Below are positions 35,568-49,997 of a DNA stretch of 64,000 bases, in pieces. Source of the stretch: Utricularia gibba (taxonomy: Eukaryota > Plantae > Magnoliophyta); NCBI GenBank assembly GCA_002189035.1, contig NEEC01000010.1, forward strand, positions 1,798,001 to 1,862,000, given 5' to 3'. The position numbers and the translations under genes are program-made. Under the pieces are notes generated by a model. The model did no database searches. It was not told the origin of the DNA and was given only the letters and a program-made list of their open reading frames with translations. Each line of letters opens with the position of its first letter. Within the stretch, counting starts at the first letter, position 1.

Positions 35568-38264
35568 TCCTCTGGTTTTGCAACGAATACTGCTTCTTTT
35601 CCTTGTTTGCACTGCGTGGAGCTTGTTTCTGCGATCGAGGCTTAGTGACTACGTAGCCTTAAAGAACTCTGTTATAATTTTGTCTGGTGCGTCGCCCTCC
35701 TCTTTAACCCCCATGCTTGGTTTCTTTCATCTTCCCCAATTTCTGGAACCAGATGATGACGGTATATTCCTGATCGCCATCGGCGTTGTATTTGAGTTTG
35801 CTTCTAGGCGTGCATCCAGTGTCACAGACAATATCTGATACATTAAAATACAAAATTAATAATAAGCTGATTAATTTTTTTATCATATGTATAGAAATTT
35901 CAAAATCACTCCAAAATAGGCCTAAAAAATAAACTTATAATTTATTCCTTATTCAATATGATCGAAATTAATTTATATAAAAAATAAAATATTTGAATAT
36001 GTTTGATTTAAATTATTATTTAAAAAATAATTAATTATATTAATAAAAAAGTATAATATATATACAAAATATCTAAACGTGCATATTAACTACAAAAGTT
36101 TTCAAGTGAAAATAACTATTGAAGTAAAAACTGTGTTTCAAATGGGATGGATTCATAATATAAAAAATTAATTTATATTAAGATAATATATATTATTTAA
36201 CATGTTCTAATGAGTAACATATTTGATCTTAAATTTCATCAAAATGTTAGATTTAGAACATTGATTATCAAATATAACGATTCATTCTTTTTTTTTACAT
36301 AGGATTAATGCTTCGAATATTCAATCTTTACGTTTTTACATTTTATCTATTCGATAAAAAATTATCATGCAATGTAACTTTTATCTAAATTTTTACTCTA
36401 TCCCTTCCGTTTATAACGGATCAAATGGTAGTAGTAAAAGTAAAATGAAAGTATCCCAAGGTGAGGATGGCATATAGCAGTGTGATGCAACATTGCATAT
36501 TCCATTAATACATAACAACGACACTGGATCATTATCCAAAATCAAAGGTACTTTCCATGATCCCTATCTGTGTCGGCATACCCTCCTGTTTAAGGCCCCT
36601 AAAAATAAAATAAAAAATGTCCCTAATTATCCTCCCTTTCTGAACACACAGCCAATAATTTGAAAAAAAAAAGAAACACACACAAAAATTATGCTTTTTT
36701 GAAGATGGGGGATTAGGAGATTGATCAGGAGATTGATCAGGAGTCTGCAAGCAATCTTGAAAACGCGTAAGTAGATGGGTTGAATTGAGAGGATGACTGA
36801 AACAATCATGCACCCAGGATCACGACTTGTGACTTACGGGTGGGTGGGGAATTGGGAAATGGGAAATGGGTGTTCTTGGTCCACCCCTCCAATTTAATTC
36901 TGGATATGCCTCTGCATTTTTGCGTAGTCGGGTCAATTTCTTGAGTTTTAGCATCCTGTTCTACCAAGATTACGCGCCAAGCCTATTCAGGTTGCAACCA
37001 GTTTTATGTGATGTGGGGTGGGGTGATTAGACAGAGCTGTTGCTTGGTTTTGTGGTTTTTAGTCATGTTTGGGGCTTGAAAAGTCGAAAGAATGGCTGGT
37101 TAAGTGGGTTGGGTTTTTTTTGGATCTTTGTGTGGAGGCTGAAGGAAAGACTCCAAATTGGTTGTTTATCTTTCGTTTCTGTTTTATACTATTGGCTTGG
37201 GTTGCTCGAGTCCTGCATTTCATACATATGGCAAGTTAGTGAGGAAGGAAAAGGGTCCTTGCAGTGTGTGATAGAGAAGGATCATTCTTTTACCTTTTTA
37301 CTGAATCTATGGGAATACAGCTTTTCGTGCATGGCAAGTGACGGGGATCGGATTCCACCGTATGTGGACCAGAGTTGATTTTCCTATTTTCTTTGGAGAG
37401 GAAAATGCGTCTTATTATCTTATAACAGAGCTCATTATTTGAACAGCTCAGCCTTCCACCACAGGGCATGAACCTGGAAGAAAAGAGCATGTGAAAGAGA
37501 AAGTACGGTTTTGGTCACAGATTTTCCGGAATATTTATGTCTCTGATGGCCCGATGGCATTCTCATTGTGGTATTAGATTACAGACATTATCATTTGTAT
37601 GTACTTTACATGTGAATAATGGATCATTGTTTCTCAAGGTTCATGAGCAGATAGATACTCGGATGGAGATGAAACAGTATCTTGATAAGAAACCAATGAT
37701 CCAAACTTAAAGCGCATACATGTTGCTAGGAACGAAATATGTGTTTGGATTGAATTCACCAGAATGCTAAGCAGAATATTTGCAGTGGGACCTGCTGTAC
37801 TTTTGTTGTGTTGTGATTTTTGATGCTAGATGATGTGCTTGTTTTATAGCCACTTGTTCTTTTATCACTTGAACTTGATTTTTACCAGCAGCAGTTCCTC
37901 TAGGTTTCTTGATCCATCACTAGGAGCATATCCCAGGATACTGACCCCAAAGTGTGGTTACTCTGTGAAAAGTGATTGTCAACGTTTAGGAAAATGAGTA
38001 CTTTGAGGTTCACAGAGGTCACCTTGTGATACCACTATCAATTTGACAATGACCAATCCCTCTCCCTAATCCCACCGCCCCAACCCACAATGACCATGAC
38101 CAGCTGGCAAGTTTAATTCTTCTTGAAGTAGATTTACATTGGAGTTGAGATTGGGCTCCCTCGCTTCTTATAAATAGGCAGAGAGAAACTCTCCATAGAA
38201 TCACCATTTCACTGTCTTCACCCTCAAAACCACTGAGAAGAAGTTCTCACGTTTTGGGAGGAGA

Positions 38265-38837
38265 ATGAATAGATCCTCTGAGTACAGCAGTGGATGTGAA
38301 TCTGGTTGGACTACTTATTTCGATCAGCTTTCATATTCCACTGATACTTACAGCGGAGCTTGCATCACAACCTGTGAAGAAAAAAGTGTCTATACGTGTG
38401 AGGATGAAGAAGATTTATCAACTGTTTCGGATGCAACCTCAGGGCCTTCAAATTTGCAGAAGTACAGAGCAAAGAAGGGGAAGAAGAAAAGTAGCAGTAA
38501 AGAGATACTTTCCAAGAAGCAGCAGAGCCTGTGCCTTGATGACACTGCCAGCTCTCCAAGCATTCATTTCTCTCAGGTTCGATATAAATGAAAAAGAAAT
38601 GGTGGCATGGACCTGGTATTATTTCTGTTGTTCCCGTCTTGCGAGTTTTGCGAGTGCCTTTCTGTGAGGTTCAGCTGCATTTTCAGAATGAATCAACAAC
38701 TCCTTACTCTTACCAAGAAGATTGCTTTGTTGTTGCATGTTTCCATCACATGCCAATTCTTTTTTTTTTTTAAAGGATGGATCGACATCAAAGAAGCAAA
38801 CTGGCTTTCCCAAATATGCTAAAGGGAAATCAGGTGG
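38265..38837 (+). CDS. SOB five-like (SOFL) family small protein; exon 1 is 38265-38576, downstream exon structure uncertain
   Basis: SSGCESGWTTYFDQ, EEDLSTVSDATSGP and LDDTASSP motifs. The GT donor is at 38577. The later exon includes KKQTGF but its frame is ambiguous. Confidence 0.75.
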
Positions 38838-39897
38838 GTTTTCCAGCACATTTCACTTCTGTGTGGGGGTGTTACACCAAATATCTCTAGCCCTGATTGG
38901 ACTCCCTTTGCAACAGAAAGCTTTTTAGGAAGGAAGAGGCAGTGAGAAAGTGGCGCAAGTTCGAAGCTTTTTCATTCTGCTCTGCTGAAAATATCGTGAA
39001 AACTGGGTGGTTTTGATTTTGCCGAGGAAAATCAAGAGAATGGGAATCTGAGTTTTTGGCATCATTGTTTGCATCTCTGTAATCTATTTACATTTGTTTA
39101 ATTTTTACACCTGTGTTCTTGCCTCTGTCCATGCAATGGGGAACAACCTGATCTCATAAATGTAAAAAATGAAGTAAAAAAGAGAGAAGGTGGGGGAAAA
39201 CAATGAAAACTCTATCTTTCAACTGTCTTTAATATGTCTGATTACGGAGCAACACTCCATATGCAGGGAGAAGTCACAGCTTTCTGATATGAATCCATCA
39301 TCTTTAATGCTGAGTGAGAGAGACCAGATTTTCCTCAGTTATCCATCAAAGACCTCAAAAGAAAACTCTTGCTCTGTGACAAGTTCTAACTAAGCATCTG
39401 TAAGCCAGACCACTTGTGGAAACAAAATAATGTGATTCCAGACGGAACCGGTTCGCTTACGTTTTAGTGAAAGAATGATACGCAATTACAACATACTCGT
39501 GGAGTGGTATGAACACAATAGGTGACACAAGCTGTACCTAATCAGAACTCCATTCTTTATTTTCCTAAAAAAAGGCTCCTAAAGCGACTCCATGTAACGA
39601 CAGCTACAGCTACACAAAATAGCATCGTCCCCATGTGTGTGTCTATTACGTATTTATATGTATACATGTGTGAGTTTGTGTGTGAGGGAGGGCAGGCCAT
39701 GGTCTTGGAAATGACAGCTTTTGTGAAGAAAGACAGGGACATGCAGCTGCCCCTCTGGCCCTTCACACACTCCCCACAACCCCGCTTTAATGTTCACAAG
39801 TCCTGGTAGCTCTGCTATCTCATTTGTGCAACAGTGAGGAGAAGCTCACGTTTTGAGAGCTGATGAAAATACATGGAATCTGCTGTTCAACTAAAAA

Positions 39898-39921
39898 AAG
39901 CTTAAGCTTAAGCTTAAGCTT
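39898..39921. repeat. (AAGCTT)4 palindromic microsatellite
   Basis: Read directly: aagcttaagcttaagcttaagctt. Confidence 0.9.
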
Positions 39922-41806
39922 GGGATGAATAGAATGAGAACCATGTCAAGCATAATTTTATGAACATTGAAGTATGCGTATTAGGTTGGGTTTCTGTTTA
40001 TGTATTTTGTGTTTTATTTTGAGGGTGGGTCAGAGGATATCATGACGTTCGATGGTGTAAACAACTCCACTTACACCCCAATCATTGAGTGGATTCATGG
40101 GCACACGTGCAGTGCAAACAGCAAGTTAGTGAACCAGCTTTTTCATGGGAAGTAAAGAGGAAAATTACAATTTTTTTCTGTGTCATCACACAGTGACTAG
40201 ACTCAAGAGTTTTGTGCCCGTCACATGGGGTGCTAGATTCCCGTCTCTTGAACATGGCAAGGCTTTCCTTGGGGCGGTCCTCGGGAGCTGCATCCCCTCA
40301 GTGTAAATTTCAATACCAACTGAAAAATTGTCTGTAGAAACAAGTGGCATTTTTAAATTGGAGTTCTTGCTGCCAAAACAGTTGGATATATCATTGGGTT
40401 ACCATGACTTGGAGTGTTTGTGCAGCACAAATGTGAGGTTAAACCAGGCATTTCCGGGTAAAATCTTCTGTTCATTCACAAGAGATTTTTCATTGTTCTC
40501 AAACTCGTTCATCGACCAACCAGTGGTCGACGACAGGGGTCTTGAGGGAACTAACCCAATGAGATGGTTGATGCTCTGGGGACTTGAAGGTCAGCATTGC
40601 CATTAGATGCAGAAGCAATGCAGGGAAATGTTAAGTCAAAGCTCCCCATTTGAGATTGGTTTTTCTTCTACAGATTAGTGAATGGTAAAGTTTGATTCTT
40701 GCCTGAGAATCAGAGAGCCATAACCCCTAGAAGTCAGATTCTTGTGAAACGGGATCATTCTCGGATAATCCTTGGTAGCATTGATGCCATAGTTGCATCT
40801 TATGGGTTACCCCAATAAAAAATGGAAGGTACTGTTTTGCTTTACTTTATGGACATCAAGGGACTCGGATCGTCAGCCCGAATTGCAAAGATTCTCTACG
40901 CGTTCTCTCGAAGAAAGAACGGTTTTTTTTCATAGCTTAGCGTTCCCCATTTCAAGCATTATGAATCTTACTCTGCAGTTTATTTCCCAGTTCTCTTCGT
41001 CTTCGTGAACCTGATTCAGGTCTCTTTCCCGAGTCTCATTGGGGCATTTGGTACTAAACACATTGACTGTATACAAAGCATCCATAAACTACATTTTTCA
41101 AATGTAAACACCAGATTAAGGCAATGAGACTGAGAGTGGGGATTGGGCGGTCATCTTGCTCATAGAAAGTATAAGCATCTTTGGGGCAGGGCTTGTTGTT
41201 CGTATGTGATGTATAATTCCCATTGCAGTTACGTTCCATTGACTGAAACAAGAAGGGTAGTTATTGAAACTAAGATTCAAGGATCTGCTTAGCTTTTTCG
41301 GGATCCAACATCACTCATCCTGGTTAACATCAGGAGGGATGAGCCCCAATCCATGAACAAAGGGGATCCCAAGAGGTATCCCTGGAATCAAAATGTGACC
41401 AACTGTAACTTCTTTGAAGGGGTAACTGGAAAAGTCACGAACTTTAAGTTTAAGCTAGGCATGACTCCCAGTTCATTCCCTGCAATATAAAATCAAGGCA
41501 ATAGCCAGTGAGAAACTCCAAGATACAGCGGGCCCGAAAGTGAACTCCCAAGGATCATGTAGCCACTGGAGAATGTGTAACTCAACTATGGATATTGTCA
41601 ACAGACGGCTAACCACCGGATTGCTGGTCACCCAAATGCATTTGTAACCAAATTTCAAAGGAAATAGTTGGAGGAAGTTATCATACAAAAAAGTTAATTT
41701 TTTTGTTCTGCAATCATGCATATAAACAATTGATTATCAATCAGCAATTATTCCATTGAATGTAAAGATCGTATTATGTTCTGAGTTTGCTCAACAGGGA
41801 TGGATC

Positions 41807-43797
41807 TCACTCTGCTTTCTGGGTTTGCTCAACTTTGGCTCTAATCTTCTGTTCCAAGACGGAAATCTCAGTTTCCAAGCTGAACATTCTGTTCAGCGCA
41901 TGCATATTCTCTAGTGTTTCAGTCAGAGTTCTGCTATCACTTCCATCGCATCTTAGATGCTGCATTGGGCCATGAAGTAGCTTGTTCACGATCCCCCGGC
42001 TAAGATCATCCACAGCCTTCCGGGTTTTCTTGGGAACGTCATCTCCAACTTTCGACAAACATTTATCCAGCTCTGCTGCTCTGATTCTCTCTGCATACGC
42101 TCTCAGTTTCTTGATGGTCGGAACTGTTTCGAGGGAATCACGCCATGCTTCGAACTGCTTTGATTCCTCGGTTATGATAGCTTGAGCTTCCATGGCTTTA
42201 CGAAGTCTGTCTTCTTTGTTAGCAGCCACTACTTCCTTGAGATCATCCACATTGTATACCCTCGTGGCTTCCACCTCATTCACACATGCACCAACATTCC
42301 TTGGAACTGAAATATCGATGAACAGACGAAAGCCACCAACTTCAGAGCCAACCCGGGGGAAATCAGCAGTGTTCTCTTTGACAAACAGAGGTGTATCAGA
42401 AGATGTACTGGTAAAAACAACATCCGCTTCGGATGCACATTTCAGATAGTCAGAGAGGGGCTTGTATGTTATCTCAACATCCTTGATCTCTTCTTGAATT
42501 GCAGTGACTCTGCCTTCGCTGCGATTCACTACCACCATTTTTGTGCATCCTTTGGCAGCTAAATGCTTGATCACAAGCTTTCCCATTTTTCCAGCACCAA
42601 CGACCAACATTCTAGCTGTGGAGTGGCATGATTCAGGAAGCTTCATGAAGGCCAGTTCTACAGCTGCTGAGCTCACAGAAACAGCCCCTGCTGCGATATT
42701 TGTTTCAGTTCTCACTCTCTTTCCCACAGTGATGGCATGTTTGAACAGCCCACTGATGTTACGTCCGAAGCCATCAACACCCTGCCCAACTTTAACAACT
42801 TGTTTCACCTGAGCAAGGATCTGACCTTCACCTAAGACTAGGGAGTCAAGCCCAGCAGACACTTCAAAGAGGTGCTGTGTTGCATCGTTATCATACAGGA
42901 GGAAACGGTGCTCACATATCTCTGCTGCAGGAATCCCACTAGCCTGTGAAAGAGATCAATGCAGTTCCTGAGTAAACTGAAATAAGCACTCCAAGTTTCC
43001 ATTGTTCCCAATAACCTCGAGGAATTAGCTCATTACCTTTGACATCCAGTCAGTGACCTCTTTCACCCCGCGATGCCGAGAAAGAGCAACTACATAAATT
43101 TCCATCCTATTGCAAGTGCTGAGGACAGCGGCTTCCTCAATATGATTCAAAGCACAAAGCTCATTGATGGCCCTAGACCATTCTGCTTCAGGAATAGCAA
43201 GCTTCTCCCTCATTTCAACAGGTGCAGTATGAACACTAAGGCCAATAACAACAATACTGCTTCTTTCTTTAGTATATCCTGCACAGAATCATTTAACTTC
43301 ATTACCAAATACCAAACAAGCGTACCGTACGGGATCCAATGTTGGATATCCCAGAGCGTTAGACAGCCTAGTGCTTTTTGTGTGTGGTATTGTCTCAAAA
43401 TCATCATATGAAGAATTGAAACCGTTTGCCAACAACACATTGACACTACAAATGGTTGGAAATGATAAACCAGAATGGTCAACTTCATCTAGCAGGGATC
43501 AAGAGACTGGAAAAATGCAATCTTACTGTCAGCAGCAGAGGTCTTGAGCTGCTCAAGCGCAGAGAGGCTGGAAAGAGATGCAGAAGACTCCAATTTCTCG
43601 GTCTCATATAACGCGTCAGGGGCAGCCTTACACCCAATGGTGATTGAATTCCTCCCCAGAGAAGCCGTCCTCTTGGATTGCGATCCCAGCATTTTAGATG
43701 GCAAGAAACTCTGCGCCAGTGACGCGGAGGACGACGCCGCATTGCTAATGAGCAAAGCGTCGAGCTTGGCCCCTAAGAATGAACTCGTCACAGCCAT
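41807..43797 (-). CDS. HEMA1: Glutamyl-tRNA reductase; exons 43797-43527, 43278-43037, 42943-41807
   Basis: [72 protein letters not shown] and an N-terminal transit peptide. Confidence 0.97.
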
Positions 43798-44479
43798 CGC
43801 AATCCCTAAATTCCGCAAACCCCAAATCAAGAATCGAGATGGTTTGAGCAGAAAGACCCGCGATCAGAGAGATTGGAATTCAGGGCTGCTTCGGCGTCGG
43901 CAAACCACAAGCTCGTCGCTTTGGCAGTTATAAATGCTTCTATCTCTTTGAAATTGAGGTGTCAACTTTAGAGGTGAAAGTTGATCTGACGGATTTCTCT
44001 GAATTTTGATTGGCCAGTTCTAGCCCACCCCCTATCCACCCACATCCCCATTGCAGATATTCATTTTCTCCTGCCAAGATGTAATTTTTTTGTCGTTGAT
44101 GGAGAATGGAGATTGGTCAGGCCGGATTTTCAGACAACCATGGCGTCCACGATCTTGTTGACGTGGCCATTGCATCACCATTTATGATTTTACATCTCTC
44201 AAGTCCCAACAAACGCAGTGATTACATTGGATATTTGGGCTTTAAAAAAAATCTGAACTTGGTAAAGACTGGATTTTTATGAAACTGATGCAATTGGCTA
44301 AGAGAAGCACAGAAACTGATAAACTTGGAAATCATTCCCAGGTTTATTTTCCTAGGTGGATACTTGGTCCGTATGATCTCATAGGCATTACTCAATAGAG
44401 AAACACCCCTGCATAGAGAAGAGGTAAACAGGATGGGAGTCCTCAGTATCTTATGTGGAGAATCACTTGGATTAAGCTG

Positions 44480-45676
44480 CATCATTCTTGGAATCGGCGG
44501 ACGAGGATAAGGATATTGGCAGCGAGCCAGGGTGCCAGGCCTCAGCACATAGCGTGAGCTATTCCGATCCTAGGACTAGTAAAACACATACATAATTGAA
44601 TCAGTCATCACACAGAAGAAGGTGAAATTTTTCTACTGCATTATGTGAAAACAGGATTGGAATGTCAAAATGATCACATAGCAGGCCTTGTTCACCAGCA
44701 AAGTTTAGAAGAAAATGAAAAGAAAAGTTTGTGTTTGTAAATTAATGAGTTCAGCATACACGAGGATTGAATCATTTTGATGCCTATTTTAACAGTAAAG
44801 TTTGTAAAGCAATGAGTTCAAAATAGTGAACTGGTGTTTGCAATAGGCCTTTCGATGCCTATTGCATCATTTTGATGCTTGTTGGAGATCCCTTTGAGGC
44901 TACACGGATGGCTGAAAAGGTGCCTAGAGTGCAAGGATAATACTTTATTCAGTGGGAAAAGATGCATGAACAGAAAAACAGCATCTAGTTTCTTGTGTGG
45001 ACGATGCACTTAACCTAATATCTAGGCAATTGGAACGAAGAACGCAACCTAGGAAACTTATAGGAACCCAAACAATGATCATCCCAAAAGAATAATGGAG
45101 AACAAGAATTGTGATGCATAGAACATTTGCATTCAGCATTGCTTCCCGTCTGAAACCATAAATCCTATAATGGAGGATAGAGAACCTCGGATTCATGATC
45201 ATACAAGAGAATAGTATCAAATACCAGTTTTTCACCCGCAGCAGCTTGAAATGCACCGGGAGGCAAATCTGTACGTCTGAAAAAGGTGAAGAAGAATTGA
45301 ATTTCCGATTGACACAAAAAAAAGAAGAGAAAAAATGAGCACCTTTTGGGTTATTTCCGTCGAGCTGGGGCAACTCAATTTCCGAAGCATTGGCATTTCG
45401 CGGGATAGGTCACCGGGAATGAATATCAAACTCGCACTTCAGCAAATTATATGCATACCAACAGTTCCCCGTCCACCGCGTCCCCTGGGTATTGGCCGCT
45501 GAGGTCCGAAATCAACCATTCTCATTCGACTTGTTCATGGAAGTGTGCGCAATCAGCGCCCTACACTCTTCTTTCAGCCGCTATGTCCAGGCGGCTCCGT
45601 CGCGAGGCCGAGCCTTCACCGAAAGCAAGGGAATTTCGGTCAATATCGAGTTCGTCGTCGTGTCCCATCCTTCCAT
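44480..45676 (-). pseudogene. UFC1: UFM1-conjugating enzyme UFC1 pseudogene, unprocessed (introns retained)
   Basis: [80 protein letters not shown] and PRIGIAHAMC*GLAPWLAA. Premature stops at 45583-45581, 45514-45512 and 44544-44542, plus frameshifts. Confidence 0.9.
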
Positions 45677-48600
45677 CTTCCTGTACGGGCTCAATTCTGA
45701 TCATGTACAGGCTCAATGGGGGGTTGATGTTTTCGTTTTCTGGATCTGGGTCTTTTCAAATCATTGCTCTATGCGTTTTGGGCATCAACCCCATAGCCCA
45801 TTCTCTTTGTCTCCACGCTTTTCATTCGTATTTTGGGCTCAATGTTTCAAGTCTTGCACTATGCTCCTCACTTGGAGTAGCATTGTGGTGCATATGGATC
45901 TCAGATCCATGGAAACTCTTGACTGTATATCAAGCTACAGTCTCAATGATGAATAGTTTGTCAGGAACCCATGTTTAGAACTCGCAGGCATCCCATGGTC
46001 TGCTGAATTACATGTCCTTTTGTCGTTCCAATTCTTGTTATTTTCCAGCGTTGGTCTGTTTATCTTCTGTTCCCATCAGTAAAAGGTTGCCTCTTGGGAG
46101 GAGGCAAAAGAGAAAAGGTAAACAAGGATAAGGTTGTAAGCTTAGCATTACAGCTGCGCATCCCACCAATCCAGATGACATAGGCGAAAAATCCAGGATG
46201 ACATTCTTGAAAAAGACAGGGAGATTCCATGAATTGTTCGGTTAACACTGTTTGTTACTGTTACCCCATTGGAAATTGCATCTGGATGTTGACCTCTTTA
46301 CATAGCCCAATCAAACTCCCCTTGGTTGTTCACCTCATGAAGCTACTTAAGTTGGACACGCTACTTGCTAGTGGCACCGGTTGTGAAAAATCTCCAACTT
46401 TTTCATCTGATTGGCTTCCTTTGAACAGGAAAAAGAACAGTGTCAAAAACGTCTGTTCTGCTGTGTCAAAACAATGGAAGCAAAGTGGGATTCTTTGGAA
46501 TGATTCAGTAAACGCCGTGTTGTGTACAAACATCACTCGTCTGGGAAAGCTTTTGTTCTAGATGCAAAGAGCTGCTGGTTTTCCTCTTTGACATGATGAT
46601 AAGAGTTGAATGGTTCAATTATTTGCTTATCTACATATCTATCTATCCGCAGCTGCTGCACATTGACTGGTGGTGGATGAGCTAAGAAACCATATGTGAG
46701 ATTCTGGGATTGAATGAGTCTACGCGTTTGTGGATCTCTTACCACAACTAATCACACAGATCTTTGTGATAAACAAATGAATGCATTTTTGTTTTTTTCC
46801 TTTTGCTTTGTTTTGTTGTCAAAAGTTACCACTCCCTTGATGGCCCATTGCAGTCAGTGGTCCTGCATGTGGTGTTGTCGATCATGAGGAGCAAGTTGAG
46901 TAGGGAGCTTGCAGTATGAACATGAAACAAGATAATGTTGCTTAAACGACCCTGAGCCTGAGCCTGAGCCTGCGCCTGAGTCTGAGACTGCGCATCTGCA
47001 TCTGGGACTCTGCCCGGTAAATGAGCAACTTTTCCTTCAACGTGGGTGGCTCTCAGAGCAGATCAGGATGACGACTCACACACAGCTCGGAAACCCACAA
47101 GAGATTTTTGTAAAGGTTCACAAATTACAAGGGATCTGGGAAACTGTAGCCCTGTATGTCATCTTGCGTGCATTCATCAGAGCAACAAATGGTCCACCAG
47201 TGCAGCAGCGGCAGCAGCAAAGAGGTCCACTCTTTTTTGGACCTTGCAACTTTTTTTCCTCCATCTGATCTGATCCCCATCCAACACCCACACGATTGCC
47301 TTCTTTCAACGAACCAATAACTACCCCCCATGCTTTTACAAACACGAGACAGAATACTTAATACCCCATTCATAAATGATTTCTAACCAAACAGTGGTTC
47401 CACTGGTTCCCTTTTTTCTTTTTCAAGAATGCAGCTACTGCCTACCGGGCATGAATGAAGGTAGTGCAATGATCTAGTCCCCATGCCCACGTTCAATTAT
47501 TGCTATTTCTTGGAATGGAGAGCCACCCAAGCATCATTCATTCACACCAGATGCAGATGCAGATGAATGGTCCTGAAAATGCATGTTTGAAACTCCCCCA
47601 AGTTTCTTTCTTTCAACCAGTTGCTACGAAAAACGCGACTCCCCTGAAAGGAACGTGGAGCTTTAAACAATGCCACGGACAACGATCTTGCAACGCCACT
47701 GCCAGTGCCGTCAACGAGAAAAAACTGCTACATGATTGACAAAACGCTGCATTGTCAATTCTCCTTCACACAGACAAGAATCAAGTGGAACTAAACATGA
47801 AAAAAATAATGAACCTGTCCGATAACGAGAAAGATCCAAGTAATCCACCCAGTTGTTGCGAACCCGAAACCTGATTCCATTGCTGGGATGGGAAAAACTG
47901 TGAAATGTTTGACTTGAAATGGTGAGGTAGGGAGGAATACGTGTCACATGGCAAGAGACAGCGTCAATAATAGCTAACTGAACATTGTTTTGTTTCTTCA
48001 TCCCCAGGTCCCCCCCTCCGGTAACACCCTCCCTTATCCCCATTCCCATGCACTGCTCCCTCTTTTGTTCCCTTCCGCATATACTTACACCTATACATCC
48101 ACACACACACACATACACACACCACTCTTCATCTTCCCCACTCCCCCCATTTTTCTCTTGATAAAAAGAACCTCATCCAAACAACAGGCATCCAGGTTCT
48201 CCCTTCCCTGGTTTGTAAGAAAAGAGAACTGATCTACTACTTTAATTGCTCCAACCTGGAATCCTCCTCATCTCCAAACATAAAGTTTCCATTTTTTTAA
48301 TGATAAAGTTTGTAAAAGTATAATGAAATCTTACATTATCAAATAGGGTTTATGACAAACAAAATGTCATTAAAATAATCTAAAATAAGCTACTAAACAC
48401 ACACACACACCTATGACCTTGAGGAAACCTTTGGTACATAGTCTTGAGTTAGTTTTGTAGGATATTTTATGTAATATTAGTATATAGTAAAAAAAATTTA
48501 AATTAAACAGAAATTCATTGCACATGTTTATCTATTCACCTAACAGGTATATTTTAATTTAGATCATATGACTAAAATTTTTACAATAAAGTATCCAAAT

Positions 48601-49997
48601 CAAGTTGAGGAAGAGAGAATCTTATCTCATGCAATAGCTCAATGGAAAAGGTGGGTGGTATGATTGATTTCTTTCTTGTTAATAAAAAGGACTGGAGGGG
48701 AGAGGGGAATAATAAAAAGAATATTAATATGTAATAATAAATAAAATGTGTTATAGGTAGGGTGTCTATGCAAAAGCAAGTAGAGGAGACAAGATAATAG
48801 CAACTGTTACATCAATCTTGTGTCATGCCAATGGGATCATTCAATGGACCTAATTTTATGCACTAATTACCACCCACACTTTATCCCTCTCCACCCCAAC
48901 AACACCACCACCAACACACAAACAAGATTTGGAACTGCTTTAATGAAGGATGAAACTTATGGAGTTCATGGAATGCTAATGGTGCAAAGTGTTGTATGCT
49001 ATGTTGAGTGTTGATAGTGCGTATTAGAATAATCAATCTCAAGTTGAAAAATGAAAATGATATAATCAAATATATAATAAATTATATTTTAATTTTTTTA
49101 ATATAATTTATATGTCTTGTGTACTTAAATTTTAAGTGTGCCCCATAAGAGTGTGACTACATTGTATGTGTGAAGCAACACATGGAATCGGATACTTGTT
49201 TTTGGGGTTGGCAGGAGACATATTCTTGATCAACGGGATGAGGCATAAGAACTTGTTCTTTGAGAGGTGGCTGGTGAGTCCTCCCGCACAAGCCTGGCGT
49301 TGCTTTGCTTTGATGAGTTAGGTCTGGGATAGGGTTTTCTAACAGGGTTTCAGGAATGCACATCCTCCTCTCGGAATATGCTGTTTGTCAGGCACTTGAT
49401 GGCCTGTTGGTCAAGGTACTTGGAGTCCCTTTTTCGTAGTTGTGGGTGTTGTCGGTTTCATGGATGTGAATGACACCACGAAAATGAAGCCGAGAAGGGA
49501 ACGTGGAAGCGCAAAAGATGGCTGCTTGCGTAGCTGCTGTGTGTGTGTTGCGAGCGGGATTAAGATGAGAGAATGGGAGGGAAGAATGTTGGGTGGGAAT
49601 GGGAAAGAAGGGGAAAAGGTGCAGCAGCCAGGCATTTCATTTCATTTCATCCCCACGCCTCTTAAACAACCGACAGCTTCACCTTTATGTTGCTCCTCCT
49701 CCGGTGGCATTCGTCCCTCTTGTTTTAATGCGCCTGGTCCGATGCAGGCCTTACATGAAATTTCATGGTTGTGAATTTCAGACACACAGACCATCTAGCT
49801 GAACTGGTGAGGACAGATTAGCAGAGAAATGATGATTCCATTAACACTTTGTGAGGAGGGGGAAAGAATTAAGGAAGAAAAATGTTCAAGTACATGGAAA
49901 TGGAAAGGAGTTTTGTGCAGAGATGTGGGGAGGGTAAAAACGAAAGCAGCAACAGGACACAAAAAATGGACATTGAAGCTCTGCTTTTTACCCTCTT

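Noticed and set aside
40200-41500. Possible decayed NAC-type gene on the minus strand
   Set aside because: The similarities (LLGSPL, DVNQDE*CWIP, TFYEQ) are too weak and scattered over frames to support without a search.
49728-49742. TCGGACCAGGC on the minus strand, matching the 5' half of miR166
   Set aside because: Only 11 nt match, the 3' half diverges, and there is no complementary star arm nearby.
49150-49800. Coding-like minus-strand fragments 3' of the MATE gene
   Set aside because: Resemblances to AP2, bHLH and TCP motifs were mutually inconsistent. Could be UTR or flank.
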